From NCBI GenBank assembly GCA_028686075.1, contig JAQUCT010000003.1, forward strand, positions 12,796-76,795: a DNA stretch of 64,000 nt. The letters are read 5' to 3'. Source of the stretch: Bacillota bacterium. Lineage in GTDB: Bacteria; Bacillota; Clostridia; Ch29. Every line of letters begins with the position of its first letter. The first letter of the stretch is position 1. Position numbers and translations under genes: made by a program. Below, in pieces: positions 39,859 to 48,050 of the stretch. The notes beneath the pieces are model-generated. The model made no database searches, had not been told where the DNA came from, and saw nothing but the letters and a program-made list of their open reading frames with translations.

Positions 39859-39941
39859 GACAGATTTCTCCCTTTATTTCCTTAAAACTTCTACAAGTTA
39901 TGCGCTTTTTCCTTTAAAAACTGCTTGTATTAAAAGAAATT

Positions 39942-40106
39942 TATATACAACGCACTAGTAGTATTACATTCCTTGTCTATTAATCTGACTTTTATCTGTC
40001 ATTCTGAGGGCGAAGCCCGAAGAATCTGATTTGGAGATAGATCCTTCGCTATCGCTCAGGATGACAGAAGTGCTCAGGATGACACACTAAGATATGTAAA
40101 GTTTTA
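39942..40106 (-). repeat. Composite palindromic intergenic element, copy E (inverted relative to A and C)
   Basis: TATATACAACGCACTAGTAGTATTACATTC..TGTCATTCTGAGGGCGAAGCCCGAAGAATC..GATCCTTCGCTATCGCTCAGGATGACA..GCTCAGGATGACACACTAAGATATGTAAAGTTT. Confidence 0.85.
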
Positions 40107-40190
40107 AATGAGTTGTATGTAGTTTTAAAGCCCGGTTGTCGTAATAGCTGAAGCCTTGCATAAGAATAAGGAAGGCGAGCTGGTCAGTGG

Positions 40191-40772
40191 CTAGCCCTCC
40201 GATTGTTTTTGGTCGATTTTTTTAAAGGATGGCGGCTCTTTTTTTGCCGCCGGCTTAATTGTATCCATCATACGGAACACCTCCACCATTTCCAGTGCCT
40301 TGCCGGCTACGTTTAAGGCGGCCTGCCCCTCGGGGTCAAGATGCGGTTTTACTGCAGAGAGCATCCCCAGCGGGGAAGGGCTGTGGCCGGTACGTAGGGC
40401 GGAGCTTCCGAAGTAAAGGTCCGGGTTCATAATATTCTTTAACTCCATTACCTTTGCAATAATGTGCATCAGCTGACTGTATGTAGGGTCAAGGTGCGGA
40501 AGAGAAGCTTTTATTATCCTTATTGTTTTATCCTCCGCAAGGGTATCCATTTGGAAAATGGCCGGGTTGTGATGCATATTCTTCCCGGGGCTCCTGTCTA
40601 CGGTGGCCGGAAGGGCCTGAGGCTTTGCGTCGCTCGTTTGTCCCGTTTGGCCGAACATTTTTGATACCATCATTGCCAGTTTAAGCATCTGTCCAAGGTC
40701 CGGCGACTTATTCTTTTCTGCCGTTATCCTGTAATGGCAGTTTTTACACATTTCGTTCATTTCAGTGTCCAT
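40191..40772 (-). CDS. Hypothetical protein (193 aa) with two KPHLDP-type helical repeats
   Basis: CKNC near the N-terminus, with the repeats IRIIKASLPHLDPTYSQLMHIIAKVMEL and LGMLSAVKPHLDPEGQAALNVAGKALEM. Confidence 0.55.
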   Translation of the reverse strand: MDTEMNEMCKNCHYRITAEKNKSPDLGQMLKLAMMVSKMFGQTGQTSDAKPQALPATVDRSPGKNMHHNPAIFQMDTLAEDKTIRIIKASLPHLDPTYSQLMHIIAKVMELKNIMNPDLYFGSSALRTGHSPSPLGMLSAVKPHLDPEGQAALNVAGKALEMVEVFRMMDTIKPAAKKEPPSFKKIDQKQSEG

Positions 40773-40889
40773 AGGTTTCCCCCCAAAAAATGATATCTGT
40801 ATATAATATGCAAAAGACGCGTAAATGCCAATGGAAACAATGAAAAAAACCGTGATAATCGATCGGTTATCACGGTGAGTTGGAATATG

Positions 40890-41123
40890 TTATTCGAAAG
40901 CCTGCAGCAGATTTTTTAGCTGCTCCATTTCTTCCTTTGACAGTATGGGCTGGACAAATTCAAAAAGCTTGTTTTTATCCTCTTGGGTTATTTCCTTCTT
41001 GCCAGAGGCCTCCTTTATACGTCTGGCCTCCTCCAGCAGCTCTGCCTCGCTCATATGTGAATACTTTTCCAGCATGCCGTTAATTAATTGCGGGTCCAAG
41101 TGATTCAAATTAATACCTCCCAT
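40890..41123 (-). CDS. Hypothetical small acidic protein (77 aa)
   Basis: Complete ORF in the same operon orientation as the subtilase. C-terminal LFEFVQPILSKEEMEQLKNLL resembles the neighbours' repeat. Confidence 0.5.
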   Translation of the reverse strand: MGGINLNHLDPQLINGMLEKYSHMSEAELLEEARRIKEASGKKEITQEDKNKLFEFVQPILSKEEMEQLKNLLQAFE

Positions 41124-41151
41124 CTATTGTTATTATTATACGTTTAAGAGC

Positions 41152-41571
41152 CTATTGTGTTTCTACAAAAATTAACAGAATTATCAGAGGCAATAAAATG
41201 CCAAGGGTTGAGAACTGCATTCCGCTTATTGAATCGGAGTTGGGTTTTCTGCTGGCAAGGTCCATTGGGTGCATATTCCCCCCTCCGCGGGAATGGGCCA
41301 GGTCCTCCGCCATAACCTTGGCCAGAGTGGCCATGCTATAGGAGGAAACGAGCTTGTCGATAAGGGTGCAGCATGTATCGTCCACAAAGGGTTTTAGGGC
41401 GGACAGCAGTGCTATTTCAGGAGGAGGATTCTGGTTTAGTATTTCACCCCGGCTTTTGATGGCCTCCTCAAAGGGGGCTACGTATTTTCCATGCAGGTTT
41501 TGGGCAATAAGTTCCATTATTTCAGCCGCATCCTGCTCAATTCTCCTGTCTATGGCCGGCACCCCCTTCAT
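41152..41571 (-). CDS. Hypothetical protein (139 aa) with one KPFVDD helical repeat and a C-terminal TM anchor
   Basis: IALLSALKPFVDDTCCTLIDKLVSSYSM, with a C-terminal LGILLPLIILLIFV. The start is uncertain: the annotated ATG overlaps the subtilase by 35 nt, and an alternative ATG lies at 41517. Confidence 0.5.
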   Translation of the reverse strand: MKGVPAIDRRIEQDAAEIMELIAQNLHGKYVAPFEEAIKSRGEILNQNPPPEIALLSALKPFVDDTCCTLIDKLVSSYSMATLAKVMAEDLAHSRGGGNMHPMDLASRKPNSDSISGMQFSTLGILLPLIILLIFVETQ

Positions 41572-42811
41572 GGACCTTTACGATTGCTGCCAGGTCTATA
41601 AGGCCTTTCCCCTGGGCGTAGGATGGGAAATCCAGGTCCTTTGCGGTGGACATCATAAGCTCTTTAACCTGCTCGTTGGTATAACCGCGGAACATTTCGT
41701 GTATAAGGGCGGCACAGCCGGAAACAATAGGTGTTGCCATGGATGTGCCCGACAGGGACCTGTACAGTTCATCGCCTTCGCGGTTTTGTACCGCCAGCGA
41801 AATTATGTTTACTCCCGGTGCGATTATATCCGGTTTTGCCACCATTCTCTTCGTGGGACCTCTGCTGGAAAAATCGGCTATTCTATCGTCCTTGGTGGAA
41901 GTTGTATCACGGTCATCCAGGGCACCTGCTGTAATTACCTCGGGACATATTCCCGGAGAAGAAATGGTCTGCCTGCCCGGACCTTCATTGCCGGCGGCAC
42001 AGATAACCGTCATCCCTCTTTTCCAAGCCTCCGTCACTGCTTTGTCAATGGGGGAATAGGAAAGGGATTTAGGCTGTGAGCCGAGGGAGAGGTTGAGTAC
42101 CTTTATGTTGTACTGGGTTCTGTTGTCAAGGACCCATTGGATTGCTGCAATTACATCCGAGGTATCCCCGCTACCTTCTTTGTCCAGGGTTTTCACCGCT
42201 ATTATATTGGCCTGTGGTGCTATCCCGGAATATTTCCCCTGCGAGCCGTAACCGTTTCCGGCGATACAGCCCGCCACATGGGTGCCGTGGCCGTTGTCAT
42301 CATAGGGTTCCTTTTTTTTGTTTATATAGTCCTTAAAGGCCACAATACGATCGGTGGGATTTATAAGGTCCGGGTGGGGTGCCACTCCGGTATCAACCAC
42401 CGCGACGCCTATGCCTCTGCCGGTATAGCTTATAGGCTGGGGACGGTCCTCCCTTATTGTCTCACGGGCTACGTTCATGTGAATAAAGACCTTTGTGTCA
42501 TCGGTTACGTATTCGACCTCATCCAGTACGGCCAGTTTATGCACTAATAGAGCGGGCACTTCCAGGGCTATTGCCTTTATTATGGGTAGATGGTGCTTCA
42601 GCCTTACATCGGGATGCCGGCACAGACATTTTTCCATATGGGAGAGACTGTGGTCCTTATGGTAAAGAATAACCGGGATCCTTTCGTTGCCACTTGTTTT
42701 AATTCGGGGCATCAGTCCCGGGTCAATGCTGGCCCTGCGGTAGGGATTGGTCATAAGATTTTTTAAAAGCAATAGCAAAAGGATTTCCCTTGAATAGTTC
42801 ATTTGATTCAC
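41537..42811 (-). CDS. Subtilisin-family (S8) serine protease with an N-terminal propeptide-like region
   Basis: Catalytic triad motifs VAVVDTGV (D), HGTHVAG (H) and GTSMATP (S). Confidence 0.9.
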   Translation of the reverse strand: MNQMNYSREILLLLLLKNLMTNPYRRASIDPGLMPRIKTSGNERIPVILYHKDHSLSHMEKCLCRHPDVRLKHHLPIIKAIALEVPALLVHKLAVLDEVEYVTDDTKVFIHMNVARETIREDRPQPISYTGRGIGVAVVDTGVAPHPDLINPTDRIVAFKDYINKKKEPYDDNGHGTHVAGCIAGNGYGSQGKYSGIAPQANIIAVKTLDKEGSGDTSDVIAAIQWVLDNRTQYNIKVLNLSLGSQPKSLSYSPIDKAVTEAWKRGMTVICAAGNEGPGRQTISSPGICPEVITAGALDDRDTTSTKDDRIADFSSRGPTKRMVAKPDIIAPGVNIISLAVQNREGDELYRSLSGTSMATPIVSGCAALIHEMFRGYTNEQVKELMMSTAKDLDFPSYAQGKGLIDLAAIVKVHEGGAGHRQEN

Positions 42812-42864
42812 CTCACAAAATTCACCTACAATATTCTATGGGCCATAGGGCGGAATTGTTAAAG

Positions 42865-42895
42865 TATATGTAAAGTCTTTATCAAGTTACATATA
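42865..42895. repeat. Minimal palindrome resembling the fused ends of the intergenic element family
   Basis: TATATGTAAAGTCTTTATCAAGTTACATATA has 9-bp perfect arms TATATGTAA/TTACATATA. The sequence matches element termini (compare GTAAAGTCTTTAT and AAGTTACATAAG in copy D). Confidence 0.6.
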
Positions 42896-42988
42896 GTTGG
42901 AAGGTGACATGAAAAAACATCCATGGACTATTACGGCCATACCCTTTATAATAGTCTTATGATATTATGTAAACCAAAGGGTGATTAA

Positions 42989-44839
42989 ATGAGTCGTAAA
43001 AGAATTCTGATAATGCTAACAGTAGTATTTTTGGTGGCGGCTGTAGCTGTGGGTGCATATTTTTATAATCAAAGAGCCAAAAATATTGACAGGATAACAT
43101 ATCTGGATTTTTCAGAAAAAGCCGAAAACGGCAATGTGGAGGTCGTATACTTAAGCGATAGCCCAAGCCTGGAGGGAGAATTAACCGACGGGAGCAGATT
43201 CATAACCGAAAACCCGAGAAGCCAGGACTTTAAGGAAAGCATGCTGGTTCTCGGTGTAAGGGTGGAAGAGGGGCAAAGGAACAGTGCCCTTATGTCAGCC
43301 TTAAGGATGGTTCTTGTATTTGGCATTATAACCTTTTCGGTTTGGGGAATTTCCAGGCTTATGAACCGGGAAACCTCATCGGGGCGAAAAGACCCGGCGG
43401 ATAAACTATCCACTATGCATTGTGAGACGGTCCGGGATGCAGGCGTTGGTTTTGACGATGTAGCGGGTAACGATGAAGCCAAGGAAAGCATAAAGGATAT
43501 AGTGGATTTTTTGAAAAACCCTGAAAAATATGCCAGGATGGGTGCCCGTATGCCCAGTGGTGTTATCTTTTACGGCCCTCCCGGTACCGGTAAGACTCTG
43601 TTGGCGAAGGCGGTGGCCGGGGAAGCTGGGGTACCCTATTTTGCCTTTTCCGGTTCCGATTTTGTACAGGTTTATGTCGGTGTGGGAGCCGCACGCGTAC
43701 GGGACGTGTTTAAGAAAGCCCGTGACATGGGCCGGTGTGTTATATTCTTTGACGAGATTGACGCGCTGGGCAAAAAAAGGAACGGAATGGCCTCCGGTGG
43801 GAACGATGAGAGAAACCAGACCCTTAATGCGTTGCTTACCGAGATGTCCGGGTTTAACTCAAACGACGGCATAGTGGTGATTGCTGCCACAAACAGGCTG
43901 GATGTGCTGGACGAGGCTCTTCTGCGGCCGGGTCGGTTTGACAGGCAAGTGGAAATTGGGCTCCCCGATATAAATGGAAGACTTGAAATATTAAAGATTC
44001 ACAGCAGGAACAAACCTCTTAGTAAGGATATGGACCTGAAAAACCTCGCACACCAGACGGTATTTTTTAGCGGAGCGCAGCTGGAAAGCCTTATGAATGA
44101 GGCAGCGATATTTGCAGCCAAGAGGGGTTCGAAGCTGATTGAAAAGGATGATATAGATAAGGCCTATTACACGGTAATTGCAGGGGCGGAGAAGAAGGAC
44201 AGGAGTGCTATCTCCCGGCTGGACAGGGAGATAACCGCTTATCATGAAGCGGGGCATGCCCTAGTCACAAAGCTTGTGGCACCGGAAAACCGTGTTACAA
44301 AGGTTACAATAATACCCAGCACCAAGGGAGCTGGGGGATTTAGTGTTTCTCTGCCGCCGGATCGGATGTACCGAAGCAGAATACAGATGGAAAACAGTAT
44401 CAAAATAGCCCTTGCGGGGCGGATAGCCGAGGAGATAATATTCGGTAAGGATAACGTAACCACCGGGGCTTCAAATGATATTGAAAAGGCCACCCAGATC
44501 GTTATGGCACTGGTTAAACGCTTTGGTATGGGAGATAGTACCGGAATGCTTAACTACGATATTCTTTTCCAGAACAGCGTTGCAAACCAGGAGCGTATAG
44601 TGGAGGAATGCAGGGCCTTTATGGACAAATATTATAGGGAAACCTCCGACCTGCTGGTGGAAAACAAATACCTGCTTGATCGGATAGCCCGCACCCTGCT
44701 TGCGGAGGAATCCATTGACGAAGAGTGCTTAGAGGGCATAGTGTCCGGCCAGGTAAGCGGACCGGCCGTTGCGGCGGAGGAATGCTTGCCGGGGGAAAGT
44801 GGGCAAAAATCATTGGAATTCGGTTCACCCATTATTTAG
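42989..44839 (+). CDS. ftsH: FtsH-family AAA+ zinc metalloprotease (paralog)
   Basis: Two TM helices, Walker A GPPGTGKT, Walker B IIFFDEID, SRH, and HEAGHA zinc motif. 616 aa. Confidence 0.9.
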   Translation: MSRKRILIMLTVVFLVAAVAVGAYFYNQRAKNIDRITYLDFSEKAENGNVEVVYLSDSPSLEGELTDGSRFITENPRSQDFKESMLVLGVRVEEGQRNSALMSALRMVLVFGIITFSVWGISRLMNRETSSGRKDPADKLSTMHCETVRDAGVGFDDVAGNDEAKESIKDIVDFLKNPEKYARMGARMPSGVIFYGPPGTGKTLLAKAVAGEAGVPYFAFSGSDFVQVYVGVGAARVRDVFKKARDMGRCVIFFDEIDALGKKRNGMASGGNDERNQTLNALLTEMSGFNSNDGIVVIAATNRLDVLDEALLRPGRFDRQVEIGLPDINGRLEILKIHSRNKPLSKDMDLKNLAHQTVFFSGAQLESLMNEAAIFAAKRGSKLIEKDDIDKAYYTVIAGAEKKDRSAISRLDREITAYHEAGHALVTKLVAPENRVTKVTIIPSTKGAGGFSVSLPPDRMYRSRIQMENSIKIALAGRIAEEIIFGKDNVTTGASNDIEKATQIVMALVKRFGMGDSTGMLNYDILFQNSVANQERIVEECRAFMDKYYRETSDLLVENKYLLDRIARTLLAEESIDEECLEGIVSGQVSGPAVAAEECLPGESGQKSLEFGSPII

Positions 44840-44860
44840 TCTCTTTTAAATAATATCACC

Positions 44861-44918
44861 GTCGCTAGCGCTCAGGATGACCGTTAGAAGATGTAAAATC
44901 TTAAGCACGTAATATATA
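44861..44918. repeat. Truncated half-copy of the intergenic element (copy F)
   Basis: GTCGCTAGCGCTCAGGATGACCGTTAGAAGATGTAAAATCTTAAGCACGTAATATATAG aligns with the right half of copy D. Confidence 0.7.
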
Positions 44919-44980
44919 GTAGTTTTGGATTAATTCTACCGGGCTGTGCAAAGGCCGCACCGGCTAATAAACACATATCG

Positions 44981-45013
44981 AAACAACCCGAGACGTAAGG
45001 GGTTGTTTTTTTT
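44981..45013 (+). terminator. Rho-independent terminator
   Basis: AAACAACCC-loop-GGGTTGTTT followed by TTTTTTG. Confidence 0.75.
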
Positions 45014-45084
45014 GTTTATATGATACAGGTGAGGTTTTTCTTTTCCTAATAAAGGTGTACAATTAAAAATAATGTTAATGATTC

Positions 45085-45113
45085 TGAAGGGATATTAGGA
45101 ATTCCTTCGTCTA
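45085..45113 (+). promoter_or_regulatory. Candidate ECF-type autoregulated promoter
   Basis: TGAAGG, 17 nt, CGTCTA, which resembles the GAAC/CGTC ECF pattern. About 100 nt upstream of the ECF sigma gene. Weak evidence. Confidence 0.3.
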
Positions 45114-45217
45114 TTTAAGTGAGAGGTGCGATGTTGGACCAGCCAAAGTCACCGTCCCCGTGGCTGGAGCATTTCTCACATCCCACTTAGCATTTCACAT
45201 TTGGAAGGGGGGGAGAG

Positions 45218-45763
45218 ATGAAACCTGAGGATGTATTGATAAAACGGGCGGCCGCCGGCGATAAAGCCGCCTACGAAAAGCTGGTGGACCAATACAAAAA
45301 TTACGTATTCGCAATCGTTTTAAATCTTACAAGGGACAGTTTCCATGCCGACAACGTCGCCCAGGAGGTATTCCTGCAGGTTTACATCTCTTTACCTCGG
45401 TACAGGTTTGAGGGTTTTAGGACCTGGATAGGCAGGATCGCAGTCCGCAAGGCGATAGACTGGAAAAGAAAGCAGCAGAGAATTGCGGAGAAGGAAAGGC
45501 TGGCGGCGGCGGAAAATCTGGCGGCCCGGGGACAGCAAAGCAGTCCGGAGCAGACGTTAATAAAGAAGGAAGAAGCGCAAAGGATTAGAAGCCTTTGCGG
45601 ACAGTTGCCGGACGGTTATAAAACGGTAGTGGAAAAATACTACTTTTTCGGCAAGAGCTATCGACAGATAGCAGACGAGGAGGGTATTGCACTTAAGACG
45701 GTGGAGACAAGGCTGTACAGGGCAAGGCAGAAGCTAAAAGAACAGTGGAAGGAGGATGGTTAG
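45218..45763 (+). CDS. ECF (group IV) sigma-70 family sigma factor
   Basis: Region 2 (YVFAIVLNLTRD...AQEVFLQVY) and region 4 (SYRQIADEEGIALKTVETRLYRARQKL). RBS GGGGGGGAG. Confidence 0.9.
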   Translation: MKPEDVLIKRAAAGDKAAYEKLVDQYKNYVFAIVLNLTRDSFHADNVAQEVFLQVYISLPRYRFEGFRTWIGRIAVRKAIDWKRKQQRIAEKERLAAAENLAARGQQSSPEQTLIKKEEAQRIRSLCGQLPDGYKTVVEKYYFFGKSYRQIADEEGIALKTVETRLYRARQKLKEQWKEDG

Positions 45764-46243
45764 ATGGCGCATTATAGCGGGGAGGAATGGAAGGCCTTTA
45801 TTGAAGGAACCCTGGAAGAGGAAAAGTTCGGTGCCATGGAGGAGCATTTGCTTGAATGCGACAAATGCGTGGAAGAGTATTTATCCTGTTTCTCCAAAGA
45901 GGGTGCAGCCGATGACGTCATAGAACTCCATCCACGGTTTACTTCCAATGTAATGAAAAGAATAAACCATTTGGAGACAAGGCGAAGGGTAAGGGCCAAA
46001 GGGAGAGACATTTTTTACTACTCGGTGGCGGCATGCCTGACTATATTCTTTGTGTATGCCGGGGTTTTTGAGGGCTTTGCCTGTATGATACCGGAAATAA
46101 CCCAAGAAAGGCTGGAAACACTGCATCCCTTTCAGGAAGACAGCCAAAGCATAATCGAGTTTGGATGGTCGGATAAACTGATGAACAGTACTTTAACCTT
46201 TATAGACACGATGAAACCAAAGGGTGAGGAGGTTTTGGATTGA
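45764..46243 (+). CDS. Anti-sigma factor (zinc-finger ZAS-like, single TM helix)
   Basis: HLLECDKCVEEY (H-x3-C-x2-C) and one TM helix. Starts 1 nt after the sigma gene stop. Confidence 0.75.
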   Translation: MAHYSGEEWKAFIEGTLEEEKFGAMEEHLLECDKCVEEYLSCFSKEGAADDVIELHPRFTSNVMKRINHLETRRRVRAKGRDIFYYSVAACLTIFFVYAGVFEGFACMIPEITQERLETLHPFQEDSQSIIEFGWSDKLMNSTLTFIDTMKPKGEEVLD

Positions 46244-47064
46244 AAAGAAAAAGCAAGTTTGTAGTATTTATTCTGTCAGTAATACCGGGGCTAAGCCATA
46301 TATATTTGGGTCTTTTTTACAGAGGGTATATATTCATGGGTGCCACGGCGGCGGCTGTGGCGGTGGTGCTGGGGTTTTGCGCCCTGCTTCACAGCGATCG
46401 GCCTATGATACTGCTGCTGGGATTGCCGGTGTTGTGGTTTGTTGCTCTTATAGACAGTATGACGTTGACCGATAAGGTTAACAGCTGCATGACTTTAAAC
46501 CCCGATGAAGAGGACAGCCCGGGAATTGGTGCGATACCGACGGATAACAAACTAAGTGACCAGAACAGGAAAATAACAACCTGTCTACTGTCGGTGGTTC
46601 CCGGTGCGGGGCACATGTTTCTCGGCTATCAAAAATTGGGCCTGGAGCTAATGACTCTGTTTTTCTTCAGTTTCTTCTTCATTGACTGGCTGAGGATCGG
46701 GTTTTTCATGTTCATAATACCGGTAATATGGTTTTACAGTATGTTTGATGCGCTGCATAAGGCCTCCGGCGACGGTACTCCTGTAGAAGAGGGAAGCCTG
46801 TCGGTGCTCGAACTAATAGGTGAAAACAGCAGTAGATGGAGCGGTTCCAAACTGCTGGGTTACGGCCTTATCCTCATAGGCGTGCTACTTATATTCGATA
46901 GAATCATATCGCCGATGATTCCCTATGAAATAAGGAACTATCTGCAGACCGGCATTGTTGCGCTGTTGTTTATAGCCGGCGGTATAAGAATACTTACAGG
47001 CGGGCGCAAAGAAGGAAGTACCGAAGCTGAGGAGGTATTGGAAGAATGCGAAAATGGAGAGTAG
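46240..47064 (+). CDS. Polytopic membrane protein with a duplicated SV(I/V)PG(L/A)(S/G)H(I/M)(Y/F)LG motif
   Basis: Overlaps the anti-sigma stop by 4 nt. The motif occurs twice (aa ~13 and ~125). Confidence 0.6.
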   Translation: MKRKSKFVVFILSVIPGLSHIYLGLFYRGYIFMGATAAAVAVVLGFCALLHSDRPMILLLGLPVLWFVALIDSMTLTDKVNSCMTLNPDEEDSPGIGAIPTDNKLSDQNRKITTCLLSVVPGAGHMFLGYQKLGLELMTLFFFSFFFIDWLRIGFFMFIIPVIWFYSMFDALHKASGDGTPVEEGSLSVLELIGENSSRWSGSKLLGYGLILIGVLLIFDRIISPMIPYEIRNYLQTGIVALLFIAGGIRILTGGRKEGSTEAEEVLEECENGE

Positions 47065-47975
47065 GGACCCTGTCCCTGGGAGTTTTAATGATTGCACTGG
47101 GGGTAATAATGCTGGCAGCCCAGTTCAAACAGGTGGCCATACTTGATACGCTGATTATTTGGTGGCCCATAATACTTGTTCTTATAGGCGCGGAGATACT
47201 TATGCAGGTCTATACCGCCGAGGAGCAGCAGCCAAAAATAAAATACGATGCTTTCAGCATTTTCATAATATTTATAATGGTGTTTTTCAGCATTGGAATG
47301 TACGCATTAACCTCAACCGGCGTTATTGAAGGAATAGCCTGGATGGTGGAAAGCAGCATTGTTTCGGTGGAGATACCGTCCCAGAGAACGGCAGTAGACG
47401 AAGGAGTGGAAAAGGTTGTGGTATCCGCCTCCAGAGGAAGGGTGGACGTAAAAAAGAGCAGTACTTCCGAGGTAGTTGTATTCGGCGAGGCTGTAGTAAA
47501 CGCAGCCAACAATGAAGAGGCCAATGCCTTGGCGGAGCAAAACATGGCGGTAATCCGAAGGGAAGGGAATACCCTATTTATACAGTTTTTATCCAACACC
47601 TGGTCGGGGGACTTTAAACCGGGTATAAGGGAAATAAGGCATACACTAATGCTACCCCAAGATGTAGAAGTCGAGGTCAGCGGTCCCAATTATTTCAACC
47701 TGGATATTGACGGGGAAGCCTTTGGAAAGGACTGGTTAATAAAGGGAGACGGATCGGTCAGTATTACGACAGCCGCTTCCTCCGACCTGACCATAGATGC
47801 TCAGGTAAGGGGCCGGGACAATTTTGGGGGAAATGCAAACTGGGAAATAGAACAAAGGTCTGGCGTTAACACAAATGGAGGGTCGGAGTATGAAGGGCAC
47901 CTCAAATGGGGTGACGGCACGAACAGAGTCAATATATTACTGGATGGCGGAGAGATAGTGATTAATGAGATATAG
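47046..47975 (+). CDS. Membrane-anchored DUF4097/LiaF-LiaG-like beta-helix (putative adhesin-fold) protein
   Basis: N-terminal TM helices (LiaF-like WWPIILVLIGAEIL), then a repetitive beta-strand region (VDVKKSS, VEVEVSG, ...). Confidence 0.6.
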   Translation: MRKWRVGTLSLGVLMIALGVIMLAAQFKQVAILDTLIIWWPIILVLIGAEILMQVYTAEEQQPKIKYDAFSIFIIFIMVFFSIGMYALTSTGVIEGIAWMVESSIVSVEIPSQRTAVDEGVEKVVVSASRGRVDVKKSSTSEVVVFGEAVVNAANNEEANALAEQNMAVIRREGNTLFIQFLSNTWSGDFKPGIREIRHTLMLPQDVEVEVSGPNYFNLDIDGEAFGKDWLIKGDGSVSITTAASSDLTIDAQVRGRDNFGGNANWEIEQRSGVNTNGGSEYEGHLKWGDGTNRVNILLDGGEIVINEI

Positions 47976-47989
47976 CAATTTGGCCAAGT

Positions 47990-48034
47990 CCAAGGCCCGG
48001 AAACAGTGAGTTTCCGGGCCTTGGGTATTTTATT
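47990..48034. terminator. Bidirectional rho-independent terminator
   Basis: 15-bp stem CCAAGGCCCGGAAAC/GTTTCCGGGCCTTGG, with a T-run on the + side. Sits between convergent genes. Confidence 0.85.
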
Positions 48035-48050
48035 CATATTTTCGCAATAT

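Noticed and set aside
36633-40190. Integrated prophage or genomic island at tRNA-Sec.
   Set aside because: There is no integrase, recombinase or phage structural gene, and I could find no direct repeat of the tRNA 3' end by eye. Only a possible lysis-cassette-like remnant remains, which is reported as a low-to-moderate finding.
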